Positions 16,479 through 26,167 of a stretch of 64,000 nucleotides of DNA are shown in pieces (position 1 is the first letter of the stretch; each line of letters starts with the position of its first letter). Origin of the DNA: a virus; the IMG/VR virus record IMGVR_UViG_3300025085_000007; one strand, 5' to 3'. Made by a program: the position numbers and the translations under genes. The notes below the pieces were generated by a model. It was given only the letters and a program-made list of their open reading frames with translations. It did no database searches and was not told the DNA's origin.

Positions 16479-16561
16479 CCACGGTGTGTCAAAAATTTCG
16501 ATGACACGGGGCGTGGTATGTAATATGTATCCCTCTCTCACAACAAAAAAAATTTTTTTTT
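16479..16561. repeat. Inverted repeats at the arm junction (CCACG..GTGTCA/TGACAC..CGTGG; A8T9 palindrome)
   Basis: Imperfect inverted repeat at 16479-16516; A-run 16545-16552 followed by T-run 16553-16561. Confidence 0.6.
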
Positions 16562-16562
16562 C

Positions 16563-16570
16563 TACCTTTG
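16563..16570 (+). promoter_or_regulatory. -7 promoter box TACCTTTG
   Basis: TAnnTTTG ending 6 nt before the ATG at 16576. Confidence 0.65.
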
Positions 16571-16575
16571 CATAC

Positions 16576-17547
16576 ATGAATGATAAACAGATAGCACAGA
16601 TTGCATTAGAAACAGGTATAGATGCTGATATTTTAAGAAAGTATATTGACAACTTGATTAAAGAAGAAGGATTTGAAAAGGGTAGTGTTAAGAAAAGAGT
16701 AAGATCTGTAAGTAAGAGAGACTTTAGTTCTTTGCAGAATGTGGTTGAAGGTAATGTTTATTACGAAAATGAAAAAATTAACTCAGAGCCAATCAATAAG
16801 TATGTTGGTGATGATGTATTCTTTCCTTATATCACCAATGATAAGGGTAATTCTGGTTATGATATAGGCTATGGTGTTAAGTTAAAAGACAAAGAAGGTA
16901 ATTTTTTACTACCAGAAGTTGCTAATAGCGAAGAGGACATACAAAGACTTATGGAAAAGGGTATGGGGGAGAAGGAGTATAACTCTTTATTTGCTAAAGT
17001 GGTTAAAGATAAGATCCTTGGAACTAAGAACACTTATAATAAGTTTATAAAGAATGGTGAGTATAAGGGTGTGCAATTAAATGATGCTAGAGATTTTGAT
17101 AGTTTAGACGATTATGAGAAGTTACTTATGGTTGACACTCACTACAACGTTGGTTTAACTAAGTTTCCTAAAATGATGTCTGGTGTTAGTTCTAATGATA
17201 TGTCTATTATAGGAAAGGAGTACAGACACTTTTCTGGAGATAAGTTGTTGGGTAGTAGAAACGAAATGCGTAAATCTTTTCTTATAAAGAATATCGCTAT
17301 GAGAAAAAATATGTTTGGCAGCAGATTAGAAGAGTATATGAAAAGCGTTATTGATACAGGTCAGGGCATAAAGAGTAAGTTAAGTGATTTGTATGATAGT
17401 ACAATAGGTGACTCTTTATATGAAAGTGATCTGCCTTTTGTTGGCCAAGAAGCTATGCCTGATAGCACAGCAATGACTAATCAAGAATATACTGATTACT
17501 TTTTAGAAAACACAAACGAAGATAACCCTTACGGACCAAATCAATAA
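16576..17547 (+). CDS. Lysozyme/muramidase (T4-lysozyme/GH24-like)
   Basis: KEEGF...GYDIGYGVKL and DTHYNVGLTKFPKM...KEY...LGSRN motifs; track start 16486 trimmed to Met31. Confidence 0.7.
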   Translation: MNDKQIAQIALETGIDADILRKYIDNLIKEEGFEKGSVKKRVRSVSKRDFSSLQNVVEGNVYYENEKINSEPINKYVGDDVFFPYITNDKGNSGYDIGYGVKLKDKEGNFLLPEVANSEEDIQRLMEKGMGEKEYNSLFAKVVKDKILGTKNTYNKFIKNGEYKGVQLNDARDFDSLDDYEKLLMVDTHYNVGLTKFPKMMSGVSSNDMSIIGKEYRHFSGDKLLGSRNEMRKSFLIKNIAMRKNMFGSRLEEYMKSVIDTGQGIKSKLSDLYDSTIGDSLYESDLPFVGQEAMPDSTAMTNQEYTDYFLENTNEDNPYGPNQ

Positions 17548-17550
17548 CAT

Positions 17551-17778
17551 ATGGATTTTTTTGACAGCGCAGATGAAGGAACTATTATTAAGCATTACGA
17601 CGACGATAGTTACGATGTAATAGTAGCCTATAGAGGTTTAGACTTATTAATAAACCACGAGAATAGAATACTATACGATCTTAGCATAAACGACTTTATA
17701 GTTAAGAATATAAAGACTACTATAGACTCCGACAATATATGGAGAAACACATTCCACGTAGTTACTAAGAATTTTTAG
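17551..17778 (+). CDS. Hypothetical protein
   Basis: 75-aa ORF. Confidence 0.6.
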   Translation: MDFFDSADEGTIIKHYDDDSYDVIVAYRGLDLLINHENRILYDLSINDFIVKNIKTTIDSDNIWRNTFHVVTKNF

Positions 17779-17786
17779 TACTTTTG
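17779..17786 (+). promoter_or_regulatory. -7 promoter box TACTTTTG
   Basis: TAnnTTTG followed by CATAAGTG, the same TTTGCATA context as 16563. Confidence 0.55.
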
Positions 17787-17791
17787 CATAA

Positions 17792-18337
17792 GTGTATTTA
17801 GTTAATATAAATAGAGCAGGGGATATTTATAAAGACGACGACGGCGTTATACTTGTCCCAGAGTTTCAGGAAGTTTTAAACGGAGAGGAATTAGGTCAGG
17901 TTGCTATGAAGTGGGTAGCACTCGTGTGCGACTACGAAAGCCCTTATAGACACTTTACAGAAAGCGAAAGAAAAAAAGCTGTAAGTAAAGATCTATATAA
18001 TACTTATAAGTGGAAAGGTGAGAAATCACCTAAAGTGTTAGCCGCCTTAGATAAATACAAACAATTGCAGTTTGATCCTTTAGATGAGCAGCTAATAGCT
18101 TTTAATAAAAAGATAACGCAGTTTACTACATATATGAACAATATGCATATAGATGAAGATACTGCTGAAGGTTTGCAAAAGATTATGATAGGTATCGAAA
18201 AGATATATAAGACTAGGCAAACCTTAGTTGACTCAATTGAACGTAGAGGCGAAAGACAAAAGATTGCTGGGGATAAACAATTATCATTCCTAGAAAGAAG
18301 AAAAGAAATACAAGAACAAAGTCGAGATAGTGCGTAA
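17792..18337 (+). CDS. Conserved crAss-like protein upstream of TerL (candidate terminase small subunit)
   Basis: D..SPY...E.ER...AA..KY pattern, helical, typical size and position; GTG start. Function inferred from position only. Confidence 0.5.
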   Translation: MYLVNINRAGDIYKDDDGVILVPEFQEVLNGEELGQVAMKWVALVCDYESPYRHFTESERKKAVSKDLYNTYKWKGEKSPKVLAALDKYKQLQFDPLDEQLIAFNKKITQFTTYMNNMHIDEDTAEGLQKIMIGIEKIYKTRQTLVDSIERRGERQKIAGDKQLSFLERRKEIQEQSRDSA

Positions 18338-18590
18338 AAGACCAAGCGGATATAAAAAGAATAAAACAGATATATCTATAGATTATCTTAGGTATCGCTA
18401 CAACTATTTTTATAAGCGAGGCAAATATGCCGAAGCAAAAAAAGTGAGCGACAGGGCTGACGCCCTGTTTGGCAGGAATATCGACAACGAGTTTCATATG
18501 AAATTGAGTGAGAAGGAAAATATAAATGATCCATTTGGTATTGGCAAAACAAATAAAATAAAGTATGGCGGTAGGAAAAAAGGATTATAA
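18330..18590 (+). CDS. Basic hypothetical protein
   Basis: 86-aa ORF overlapping its neighbours. Confidence 0.5.
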   Translation: MRKRPSGYKKNKTDISIDYLRYRYNYFYKRGKYAEAKKVSDRADALFGRNIDNEFHMKLSEKENINDPFGIGKTNKIKYGGRKKGL

Positions 18591-21500
18591 AGATTCTCAG
18601 GTTAGGCTAAAGCATAAGCAAAAGGTACCTCCTCAAACATTAGTTAAGGTTGAGCCTTCTAATGATGATACTAGAACAAGGGCAGAGCTTTTAGACGCTA
18701 TAGAAGACTTGTTTCAAACTGTATACACTTCTACAGGCGCTAGTAGAGAGGTAGATCTAGAAGATTTGAGAGCTATACTAACTATGTTAGTCCTATCTGC
18801 AACTAATGCTGATGATGATGGTGTTGGTGCTACACAAACACAAGTAGATGCTATAAATTTAAATTCTACTAATATTTCTAGAAACGCAAGTGATTTAGCT
18901 ACTTTTATTAGCAATATATCAATTAGTAATAATAAAGTTGGTATTGGAACTACAAGTCCAGATTCTAAATTACACGTGTATGGGACTTCGAACCCTGTGT
19001 TTAAGGTTGAAGATGATGGTGGCGCTTGGGGATTTATGCAAGCCGCAGGGTCTAATCAAGTTTATGTTGGCTCTGGTCCTAGTGCAAATTTAAGTATTTA
19101 TGCTGGCTTGTCTAGCGCTATGACAATTTTAGCTTCTAACAGAAACGTCGGTATTGGAACTACTAGTCCTGGGTATAAGCTTGAGGTAAATGGTACTGGT
19201 AGTTTTTTTGGTAACATTAGAAGTGGAGGCGGGACATTATGGTCAGATTCAAATGGTGGAGTTCAGTTAGGATACGACTCAAGCGATGCGACAGGTTATT
19301 TAACAACATATTATGATACGACAAGTGTTGTTATTGGGGCAGGAATATCGCAAAAAACTGGTATTACTATTAATGGTCAATCAGCAAGCGCTGGAAATCA
19401 AATAACTTTTAGAGTAGGTAACGCTGAAAGAATGCGTATTGATGGTTCTGGCAACGTCGGTATTGGAACTACTAGTCCAACCGAACTACTTGAAGTTTAT
19501 AAAAACGGCGGTAATGCTGCTATAAAAGTACACGAAGACGCTGGTACTCACGAAGCAAAAATTCATTTAAGAAGAGGTGGTTCAGATTGGGAGATTATAA
19601 ACAATAACGACTTGGCTATTGAATCTGAAGACACTGAGCTTTTTAGAATAAAGACAAATGGCAGAGTTGGTATTGGTACTACTGCGCCTGACCATAAGTT
19701 TCACGTTGAGTTTACTAACGGAGACACAAGCTTTTCTGGCGGAGGTCTTGGAAACTGGGGAAGTGATGGTATTAGAATTGAAAATACTTACGGTGGAGTT
19801 AATACTATGGCTATGCTTCAGTTTAGAAATGGTGATGCAGATATTCATATAGCTGGAATTAGACAAGGCACTAATGATTCAGACTTAGGTTTCTTTTTTG
19901 AAGGCTCTGAAAAAATGCGTATTGACTCATCAGGTAACGTTGGTATTGGTACGACTAGTCCTGACTCACTGCTTGAAATATCATCTAGTAGTGCTACAGA
20001 CTTTTTAAAACTTACATCAACGACATCTAGTGCTAGTCCTATAAAACTTATATTTGAAAAATCAAGTTCAGAACAAAGTATAATAGAATACAATAGAAAC
20101 GGCGATTTAGAAATATACAATAACGATAGTGACGGTGGCGTAATGATAGATGGATCTGCTTCTGCAGGAGGAGATTTATATGTAAACAACGCTGGAAATG
20201 TTGGTATTGGTACAACTAGTCCTGGTGAGAAGTTAGATGTTAATGGAAATGTTTTAGTAGGAGGCGGAAACTTATCAAGATGGTTAAGGTTTAAAAGAAC
20301 TGATGGCTATCAATTAGGTTTTGGTGAAATTTTATCAAATAGTGAACTAAAAATAGGTGGAACTAATGTAGGTGTTATTTCTTTTCACAAGTCTGGTGCA
20401 GAAGTAATGAGAATTAATGATACCAACGTCGGTATTGGTACTACTAGTCCTAGTGCTAAGCTAGAAGTTTCAGCTGGAGGAACAACATCTCAAGAAATAG
20501 CTCATTTTGGAAACTCAAATGGTGTTGGTAAAATTAAAATGCAACTTGATGGAGTTGGTAGCTCAAAGCAAGTAATGCTTGATTCAGACAACAATGAAGA
20601 TATAGTTCTAAGCACTCAAGGAGATTCTTATTTTAATATTTCTCATGGCAACGTAGGTATTGGAACCACAAGTCCTACTAGAAAGTTAGATGTTGCAGGT
20701 GACATGAATTTAGCATTGAGCGCTGTTGCGTTAAGAGTTGGAGGAACTGCAGTTTTAGGAGTATTAAATAATTTAACAAGGGTTAATGGAACAGGAGGGG
20801 CTTCTGGAGGAATTCTTTTTACACCTAATGATGACAATAACGAGAAAGTCCGTATTACTAGCGACGGCAAAGTCGGTATTGGAACTGATAGTCCATCTGA
20901 AAAGCTAGAGGTATCAGGTAAGATATTAGCAACTGGAGGACAAATTAGAGCTGGGTCATATTTAGAAAGTTATCCGTCGTTTAGTTTTGCAGACGACATT
21001 GACACTGGTATGTTTAGCGATACCGCTAATCAACTAGAGTTTGTAACAGGTGGAAGTTCAAGAGTAACTATTAATTCCGTCGGTAACGTAGGAATTGGTA
21101 CAACAAGTCCAGTAAATAAACTAGATGTAGGTGGCGATTTGTCTGCGGCAAATATAAGGGTAGGAAGCTCAGCCTCAGGAGAAGGTATAATAAGACATAG
21201 CGCGGGTTCTGGTTATGGTATTGGTATTGTAACTGGCGCTATTAGCTCGTCATCAATAGGTTTGTTTGTTGACCATAGCACAAACAACAGAAACGTAGGT
21301 ATTGGCACAACATCACCTTCTGAAAAGCTAGAAGTTGCTGGTAACATATCTTTAACTGGTAGTGTGCAAAAACAAATATCTACTACGCATCATACGTTTA
21401 CTTTTGGGGCAGCTGGTTCTGCAAGTCAAGACTATTGGGTACCGTTTATTGGTAGTAGTGAACAAGCCGCACCTAACGTTACACATAGAACTATAGCTCC

Positions 21501-21804
21501 TTACGGTGGTATATTGAAAAAAGCTATCGTACATTCTACTGTAGCTTACGGTAGTTCTGCGCAGGTTAGATTCCATAGAATAGATAATGGTACTTCTAGC
21601 GTGTTTGTTAATGACAATAGTACAGACGATGTAACAACTAATGTTACAGCAGACATGTCCACAGCATATAGCTCTGTAGCATTTGACTTTACAACTGGTA
21701 ACACATTTTCAGCTGGAGACCAAATAGGTGTAAGCTTTGTAAGAAATAATACAGCGCAAGGAGATGTTGCTATAACTTTAGTATGGGAATATGAATTATT
21801 TTAA
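18565..21804 (+). CDS. Fibre protein with 11 xNVGIGTTSP repeat modules
   Basis: Eleven (G/N/R)xVGIGTxxP..KL(E/D/H)V motifs counted, separated by variable beta-rich segments; no C-terminal S74 chaperone recognised. Confidence 0.85.
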   Translation: MAVGKKDYKDSQVRLKHKQKVPPQTLVKVEPSNDDTRTRAELLDAIEDLFQTVYTSTGASREVDLEDLRAILTMLVLSATNADDDGVGATQTQVDAINLNSTNISRNASDLATFISNISISNNKVGIGTTSPDSKLHVYGTSNPVFKVEDDGGAWGFMQAAGSNQVYVGSGPSANLSIYAGLSSAMTILASNRNVGIGTTSPGYKLEVNGTGSFFGNIRSGGGTLWSDSNGGVQLGYDSSDATGYLTTYYDTTSVVIGAGISQKTGITINGQSASAGNQITFRVGNAERMRIDGSGNVGIGTTSPTELLEVYKNGGNAAIKVHEDAGTHEAKIHLRRGGSDWEIINNNDLAIESEDTELFRIKTNGRVGIGTTAPDHKFHVEFTNGDTSFSGGGLGNWGSDGIRIENTYGGVNTMAMLQFRNGDADIHIAGIRQGTNDSDLGFFFEGSEKMRIDSSGNVGIGTTSPDSLLEISSSSATDFLKLTSTTSSASPIKLIFEKSSSEQSIIEYNRNGDLEIYNNDSDGGVMIDGSASAGGDLYVNNAGNVGIGTTSPGEKLDVNGNVLVGGGNLSRWLRFKRTDGYQLGFGEILSNSELKIGGTNVGVISFHKSGAEVMRINDTNVGIGTTSPSAKLEVSAGGTTSQEIAHFGNSNGVGKIKMQLDGVGSSKQVMLDSDNNEDIVLSTQGDSYFNISHGNVGIGTTSPTRKLDVAGDMNLALSAVALRVGGTAVLGVLNNLTRVNGTGGASGGILFTPNDDNNEKVRITSDGKVGIGTDSPSEKLEVSGKILATGGQIRAGSYLESYPSFSFADDIDTGMFSDTANQLEFVTGGSSRVTINSVGNVGIGTTSPVNKLDVGGDLSAANIRVGSSASGEGIIRHSAGSGYGIGIVTGAISSSSIGLFVDHSTNNRNVGIGTTSPSEKLEVAGNISLTGSVQKQISTTHHTFTFGAAGSASQDYWVPFIGSSEQAAPNVTHRTIAPYGGILKKAIVHSTVAYGSSAQVRFHRIDNGTSSVFVNDNSTDDVTTNVTADMSTAYSSVAFDFTTGNTFSAGDQIGVSFVRNNTAQGDVAITLVWEYELF

Positions 21805-22030
21805 AAATATAGGAAAAGATAAATATAAACACGCTGCGGCAGGTATTATATTTGCATTAATATTTACTGAAATGGGTATGTCACAAACTGATGTTTTTCT
21901 ATCAGTATTAGCTGTTGGTATATCAAAAGAAGTATATGATTATTTAGATTACGGAATGTTTGATAAATGGGATGTATTAGCTACAATATTTCCATTAATA
22001 GTATATTACATATTAACTAGTTTAATATAA
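21791..22030 (+). CDS. Small membrane protein (DK..H...G...KE..D...F...D..AT pattern; VanZ/YfiM-like, possible holin)
   Basis: Two or three hydrophobic helices with conserved-looking polar residues. Confidence 0.5.
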   Translation: MNYFKNIGKDKYKHAAAGIIFALIFTEMGMSQTDVFLSVLAVGISKEVYDYLDYGMFDKWDVLATIFPLIVYYILTSLI

Positions 22031-23877
22031 TGGCAAAAGCTGATCCACAAAAATATAGACCAATAGCCAATAACGGCCATCCAGATCTAAACCCTGAATC
22101 TGTAGAATATCAAGAGTATTGGGATAGAGAAATGGATAGGTGTATAAATGGATACAAGCCTAAGGGAATGAAAAAGATTTCTGGCAAATATTATTTTTAT
22201 TTAAATTATTATAAAATACTTGGTAATGATGGTGAAAAAAATTCTAGAAAAACTTTAATAAGTCCGTGGTATAGAGAAATGGATCATGAGTATTTTGATT
22301 TATATCAAACCTGTAAAGATGAGGGTAAAGGAATGATTGTAATTAAAGCTAGGGATAAAGGTTTTAGTTATATGAACTCTGGTCTTATTGCACACGAATA
22401 TACATTTTTTCCTTACAATGATGTTGGTATAGCGGCAGGACTACAAGCTACAGCAGATGCATTCTTTGATAAAACAAAAAAAGGTCTAAACGGAATCCAT
22501 AGTAATTTTAAACACTCTGTATTAAAAGATACAGATGGTATATTACGCTCTGGATACAAGCAAAAAAATAAAGATGGTAAATGGGAAGTAGGTGGATTTC
22601 AAAGTACAGTTATATGTCGTACAATGGATAATCCAGAGGTATTTAAGGGTGAACGTGTGTCTTTAATGGTATTTGAAGAGGCGGGAGAGTTCAAGCACCT
22701 TAAAAATGCATACATGTCTTCTAAGGCTTGCTTCATGGATGGTAATGTTCAATTTGGCGTACCAGTCATAGGGGGTACTGGTGGTGACATTAGCAAAGCC
22801 TCTAAGGATTTTATGGACATGTACTATGAGTCAGAAGCCTACAACCTAATACCTATGTTTATACCTGCTTCTAGAGCTTACTATGGATATTTTAATACAG
22901 TTACAGGAGAGGAAGATGAAAAGGGCGCTAGAAAAGTTTTGCTTGAAGAAAGAGAAACTATTTCTAATTCAGGTGATAGAGAGGCTTTTAATCTTCATAT
23001 ACAAAACTATCCACTAGAAATACAGGAGGCGTTTCTAAATACTAAAACAGCTAGGTTTGACAATTCTAGATTAAATGCACAAAGATCAAGAATACTTTCT
23101 AGTAAAGACTACAGAAGTCAAATACAGACTGGATATTTAGATTGGGATTTTGCAGGAGGCGACGACTTTGTTGTAAAGTGGAGACCACATCCTGATGGAC
23201 CTTATAAAATACTACACCATCCAAATCCAGATTTTGCTGACTTGGATATAGGTGGCATTGACTCTTATGACCAAGACCAAGCTGGATCTACAACTTCATT
23301 AGGTTCTGCAATTATATATCGTAGATTTTTAAATACAGAAACTCCTGGAGATATGGTTATTGCTGACTATACTGAAAGACCAGAAAAAAAAGAAGATTTT
23401 TGGGATGGTTGTTTGAAATTAGCCGTATATTATAACGCTAAAATGTTAGTTGAATATACTAAGATAGGTATACTAGATTATTTTAAGCGTATGAATGCAT
23501 TGCAATACTTAAAAGAAAAACCTGAGTCAGCACATGCTCCAAACACAAAAACAAGAAACAGATATGGTGTACATATGAATAAGCAAGTCAAAGCGCTTAT
23601 GGAAGACCTTATAGATGATTACATTAGAGAAAGTGTAGAAGATATATGGTTTTTAGATTTGATAGAAGAGCTAACTTCATATGGAACAAAAAATACAGAC
23701 CGAGCTATGGCTTTTGGTATATGTTTAATACACAACATAGATAATTTTAGAAGACAGGCAAGGGAAAAAGATAAAGAAGTAAAAGACATTGGCTTTAGTA
23801 GGTATGTCCGTGGTCGTAACGGAGTTCCTGTAAAAGCTAATAATAATAATATTATAAAAGAAAATTACACGTTTTAA
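22030..23877 (+). CDS. terL: Terminase large subunit
   Basis: IKARDKGFSY (Walker A region), VFEEAGE (Walker B), GGTGG, GGIDSYDQD nuclease motif, DRAMA. Confidence 0.93.
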   Translation: MAKADPQKYRPIANNGHPDLNPESVEYQEYWDREMDRCINGYKPKGMKKISGKYYFYLNYYKILGNDGEKNSRKTLISPWYREMDHEYFDLYQTCKDEGKGMIVIKARDKGFSYMNSGLIAHEYTFFPYNDVGIAAGLQATADAFFDKTKKGLNGIHSNFKHSVLKDTDGILRSGYKQKNKDGKWEVGGFQSTVICRTMDNPEVFKGERVSLMVFEEAGEFKHLKNAYMSSKACFMDGNVQFGVPVIGGTGGDISKASKDFMDMYYESEAYNLIPMFIPASRAYYGYFNTVTGEEDEKGARKVLLEERETISNSGDREAFNLHIQNYPLEIQEAFLNTKTARFDNSRLNAQRSRILSSKDYRSQIQTGYLDWDFAGGDDFVVKWRPHPDGPYKILHHPNPDFADLDIGGIDSYDQDQAGSTTSLGSAIIYRRFLNTETPGDMVIADYTERPEKKEDFWDGCLKLAVYYNAKMLVEYTKIGILDYFKRMNALQYLKEKPESAHAPNTKTRNRYGVHMNKQVKALMEDLIDDYIRESVEDIWFLDLIEELTSYGTKNTDRAMAFGICLIHNIDNFRRQAREKDKEVKDIGFSRYVRGRNGVPVKANNNNIIKENYTF

Positions 23878-23879
23878 TT

Positions 23880-26126
23880 ATGCAAAGTAACTCATACAAA
23901 TTTCCATCACAGCTGCTTCCAGACTCACAAAAAGATGAGGCTTGGTGCGAACAAATGATAGATGCTATAGCAGGACACATTTACGAAGACAACAGTTTGT
24001 TTGAAAATAGTGTTTATGAAGACATACAGAATTACTCTATATACAATGGAGATTTTGAACATTCTGATTATGAATATTTAACAGAGCAATATGGATTTGC
24101 TCAGCCAGCCAGACTTGTTAATTATCCAATTATTCAGCCTAAAATAGATCTTTTGTTAGGCGAAGAATTACGTAGACCTATGGATATGAAGGTGGTAACT
24201 ACAAATAAAGATGCTACAATTCGTAAAGAGGATATGAAAATAAAACTTCAGTTAAAAAAGTTTACTGAAGAGATGAAGCAAGAGATGATTAACAAAATGG
24301 GTATTGAAGTTAAGACTATGTTAGACGAGTTGCCAATACCTGACGATATTAACAAATACATGGAGTATACCTACAAGGAAGCTGTAGAAGAGGTTGCTCA
24401 AGATGGTTTAGAGTATTTAAATAATAAGTATGGTTACAGGGAAATATTTAAAGCTGGATTTAGAGATTTACTTGTAACAGGAAATGAGTTTTACAAAATA
24501 CACGTCAAAAATGGAGATCCATTTATTAGAAGAGTAGATCCTAGAAGTATTGCATACGACACAAATACAGATAGTGACTTTTTAGATGATTGCCAATGGA
24601 TTGGAGAAGAAAGATTTCTAACTGCAAACGAAGTGTTAGATGAATTTAGAGATCAGTTATCTGAAGATGATGTTAAGTTCCTAAATGAAATGACGCAAAT
24701 ATCTTCTCATAATGACTACGCATCTTACAATACTTCTATAGATTGGATACAATGGCAACAAGGTGATGCTGCAAGATTAAGGGTAATACATTGTGAGTGG
24801 AAATCAATAAAAGCATTACGCTTTAAAATATCTCCTAATAAGTATGATCCAGAAAGACCTTTCTACAAACTTGTTCCAGACAACTATAAAGAAAAGAAAA
24901 AAGATGTAATAAGAACTAAGTATGTAGATGATATATGGACGGGTACTAAAATTGGAGGTCAAATACTTGTAGATTGTCGTAGAAGACCAAATCAAGTTAG
25001 GTCTGTTGATGATCCTGGTAGCGCGCACTTGTCATACGTAGGCTTAATAAAAAATAATACTACAGGTAAAAAGTCTTCTATGGTTAGTATGCTAAAGAAC
25101 ATACAAATGTTATACAATATTGTTATGTATCATATAGAACTAGCTATGGCTAGGTCTGGTGGTAAAGCAGTAATATACGATGTATCTCAACTACCTACTA
25201 ATCTTGGTATGGACATGCAAACTGTATTATACCACCTTAAAACAGATGGTATCATTCCAATTAACTCTAAAGATGAAGGTGGACAAATAGCAAACTTTAA
25301 TCAATTTAGTCAAGTAGACTTTACATTATCTAACTCTGTACAACAGTTAATTAATTTAAAGCTAATGTTAGAGGATACTGCAGGTCAGATTTCTGGTGTT
25401 ACAAAACAAAGAGAAGGTGCTGTTGGTCAATACGAATACGTAGGTAATGTACAGCGTAGCGTTGTGCAGTCAGCTACAATTACAGAAAGTTGGTTTCACG
25501 CGCACGGGCAGGTGAAAAAACAAGTATATCAAAGAGTATGCGAGTTAATGAAGATGGCCTGGAGTGAAGGTAAAAAAGCTTCTTTGATATTAGGCGATGG
25601 TGCTAGTAAAATATTAAGCGTTATGCCTGACATAGCACTAAATGATTATGCAATATTTGTGGGTGACTCTGGTAAAGATGACGCTATAAGACAATCTGTT
25701 ACAGAGCTGTCACAAGCGGCTTTACAAGCTGGTCAGGTTAATTTACTTGATGTTATTAGAGTTCTTAAAGCAGACACAGCTACAGAAGCTGAACGTGTGT
25801 TAGAGATGGGTATGGAAGAAGTTAAAAAGCAACAAGTTGAAATGCAAGAGCAACAACAACAAATGATGGCTGCTCAACAACAAGCTGAAGATGCTAAATT
25901 CCAAAGAGAAGCACAGCTCAAAAAATTAGACAACGACACTAAAATTAAAGTTGCTAATATACAGTCTGAAACAGATATTAAAGTTGCACAAATCAACGAC
26001 ATGAATAAGCGTGATATAGCTGACATGAAGGAGAAAGTAACTTTGTCTAAAGAGGGCGAAACAGGTGGTAATAATAAAACTGCATCTGAGTCTTTTGAAA
26101 AAGTCAAGGATAAGGTTAGTGAATAA
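23880..26126 (+). CDS. Portal protein (crAss-like)
   Basis: 748 aa after TerL; NYPIIQPKIDLLLGEE, W.GTKIG and GVTKQREG patterns; Gln-rich coiled-coil C-terminus. Confidence 0.88.
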   Translation: MQSNSYKFPSQLLPDSQKDEAWCEQMIDAIAGHIYEDNSLFENSVYEDIQNYSIYNGDFEHSDYEYLTEQYGFAQPARLVNYPIIQPKIDLLLGEELRRPMDMKVVTTNKDATIRKEDMKIKLQLKKFTEEMKQEMINKMGIEVKTMLDELPIPDDINKYMEYTYKEAVEEVAQDGLEYLNNKYGYREIFKAGFRDLLVTGNEFYKIHVKNGDPFIRRVDPRSIAYDTNTDSDFLDDCQWIGEERFLTANEVLDEFRDQLSEDDVKFLNEMTQISSHNDYASYNTSIDWIQWQQGDAARLRVIHCEWKSIKALRFKISPNKYDPERPFYKLVPDNYKEKKKDVIRTKYVDDIWTGTKIGGQILVDCRRRPNQVRSVDDPGSAHLSYVGLIKNNTTGKKSSMVSMLKNIQMLYNIVMYHIELAMARSGGKAVIYDVSQLPTNLGMDMQTVLYHLKTDGIIPINSKDEGGQIANFNQFSQVDFTLSNSVQQLINLKLMLEDTAGQISGVTKQREGAVGQYEYVGNVQRSVVQSATITESWFHAHGQVKKQVYQRVCELMKMAWSEGKKASLILGDGASKILSVMPDIALNDYAIFVGDSGKDDAIRQSVTELSQAALQAGQVNLLDVIRVLKADTATEAERVLEMGMEEVKKQQVEMQEQQQQMMAAQQQAEDAKFQREAQLKKLDNDTKIKVANIQSETDIKVAQINDMNKRDIADMKEKVTLSKEGETGGNNKTASESFEKVKDKVSE

Positions 26127-26131
26127 TTTAT

Positions 26132-26139
26132 TATATTTG
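26132..26139 (+). promoter_or_regulatory. -7 promoter box TATATTTG
   Basis: In the portal-scaffold gap, about 28 nt before the ATG. Confidence 0.6.
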
Positions 26140-26167
26140 CAAATAGTTAATAAATAAAATTTAACAT

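Noticed and set aside
15037-16575. Extended N-termini in the ORF track (starts 15093, 16096, 16420, 16486; also 31350)
   Set aside because: They run through promoter boxes or structured non-coding elements; downstream ATGs with A-rich contexts fit better.
19144-21310. Regularly spaced ~26-nt direct repeats resembling a CRISPR array
   Set aside because: They are in-frame codons for VGIGTTSP, spacers are about 200-350 nt, and there are no cas genes.
21847-21854. Internal TATATTTG as a dedicated terL promoter
   Set aside because: It lies inside a coding region about 175 nt from the start; the motif is frequent by chance in AT-rich DNA.
5852-23877. Inteins or group I introns in dnaB or terL
   Set aside because: Both proteins have normal length and continuous motifs; no intein termini or homing-endonuclease motifs are seen.
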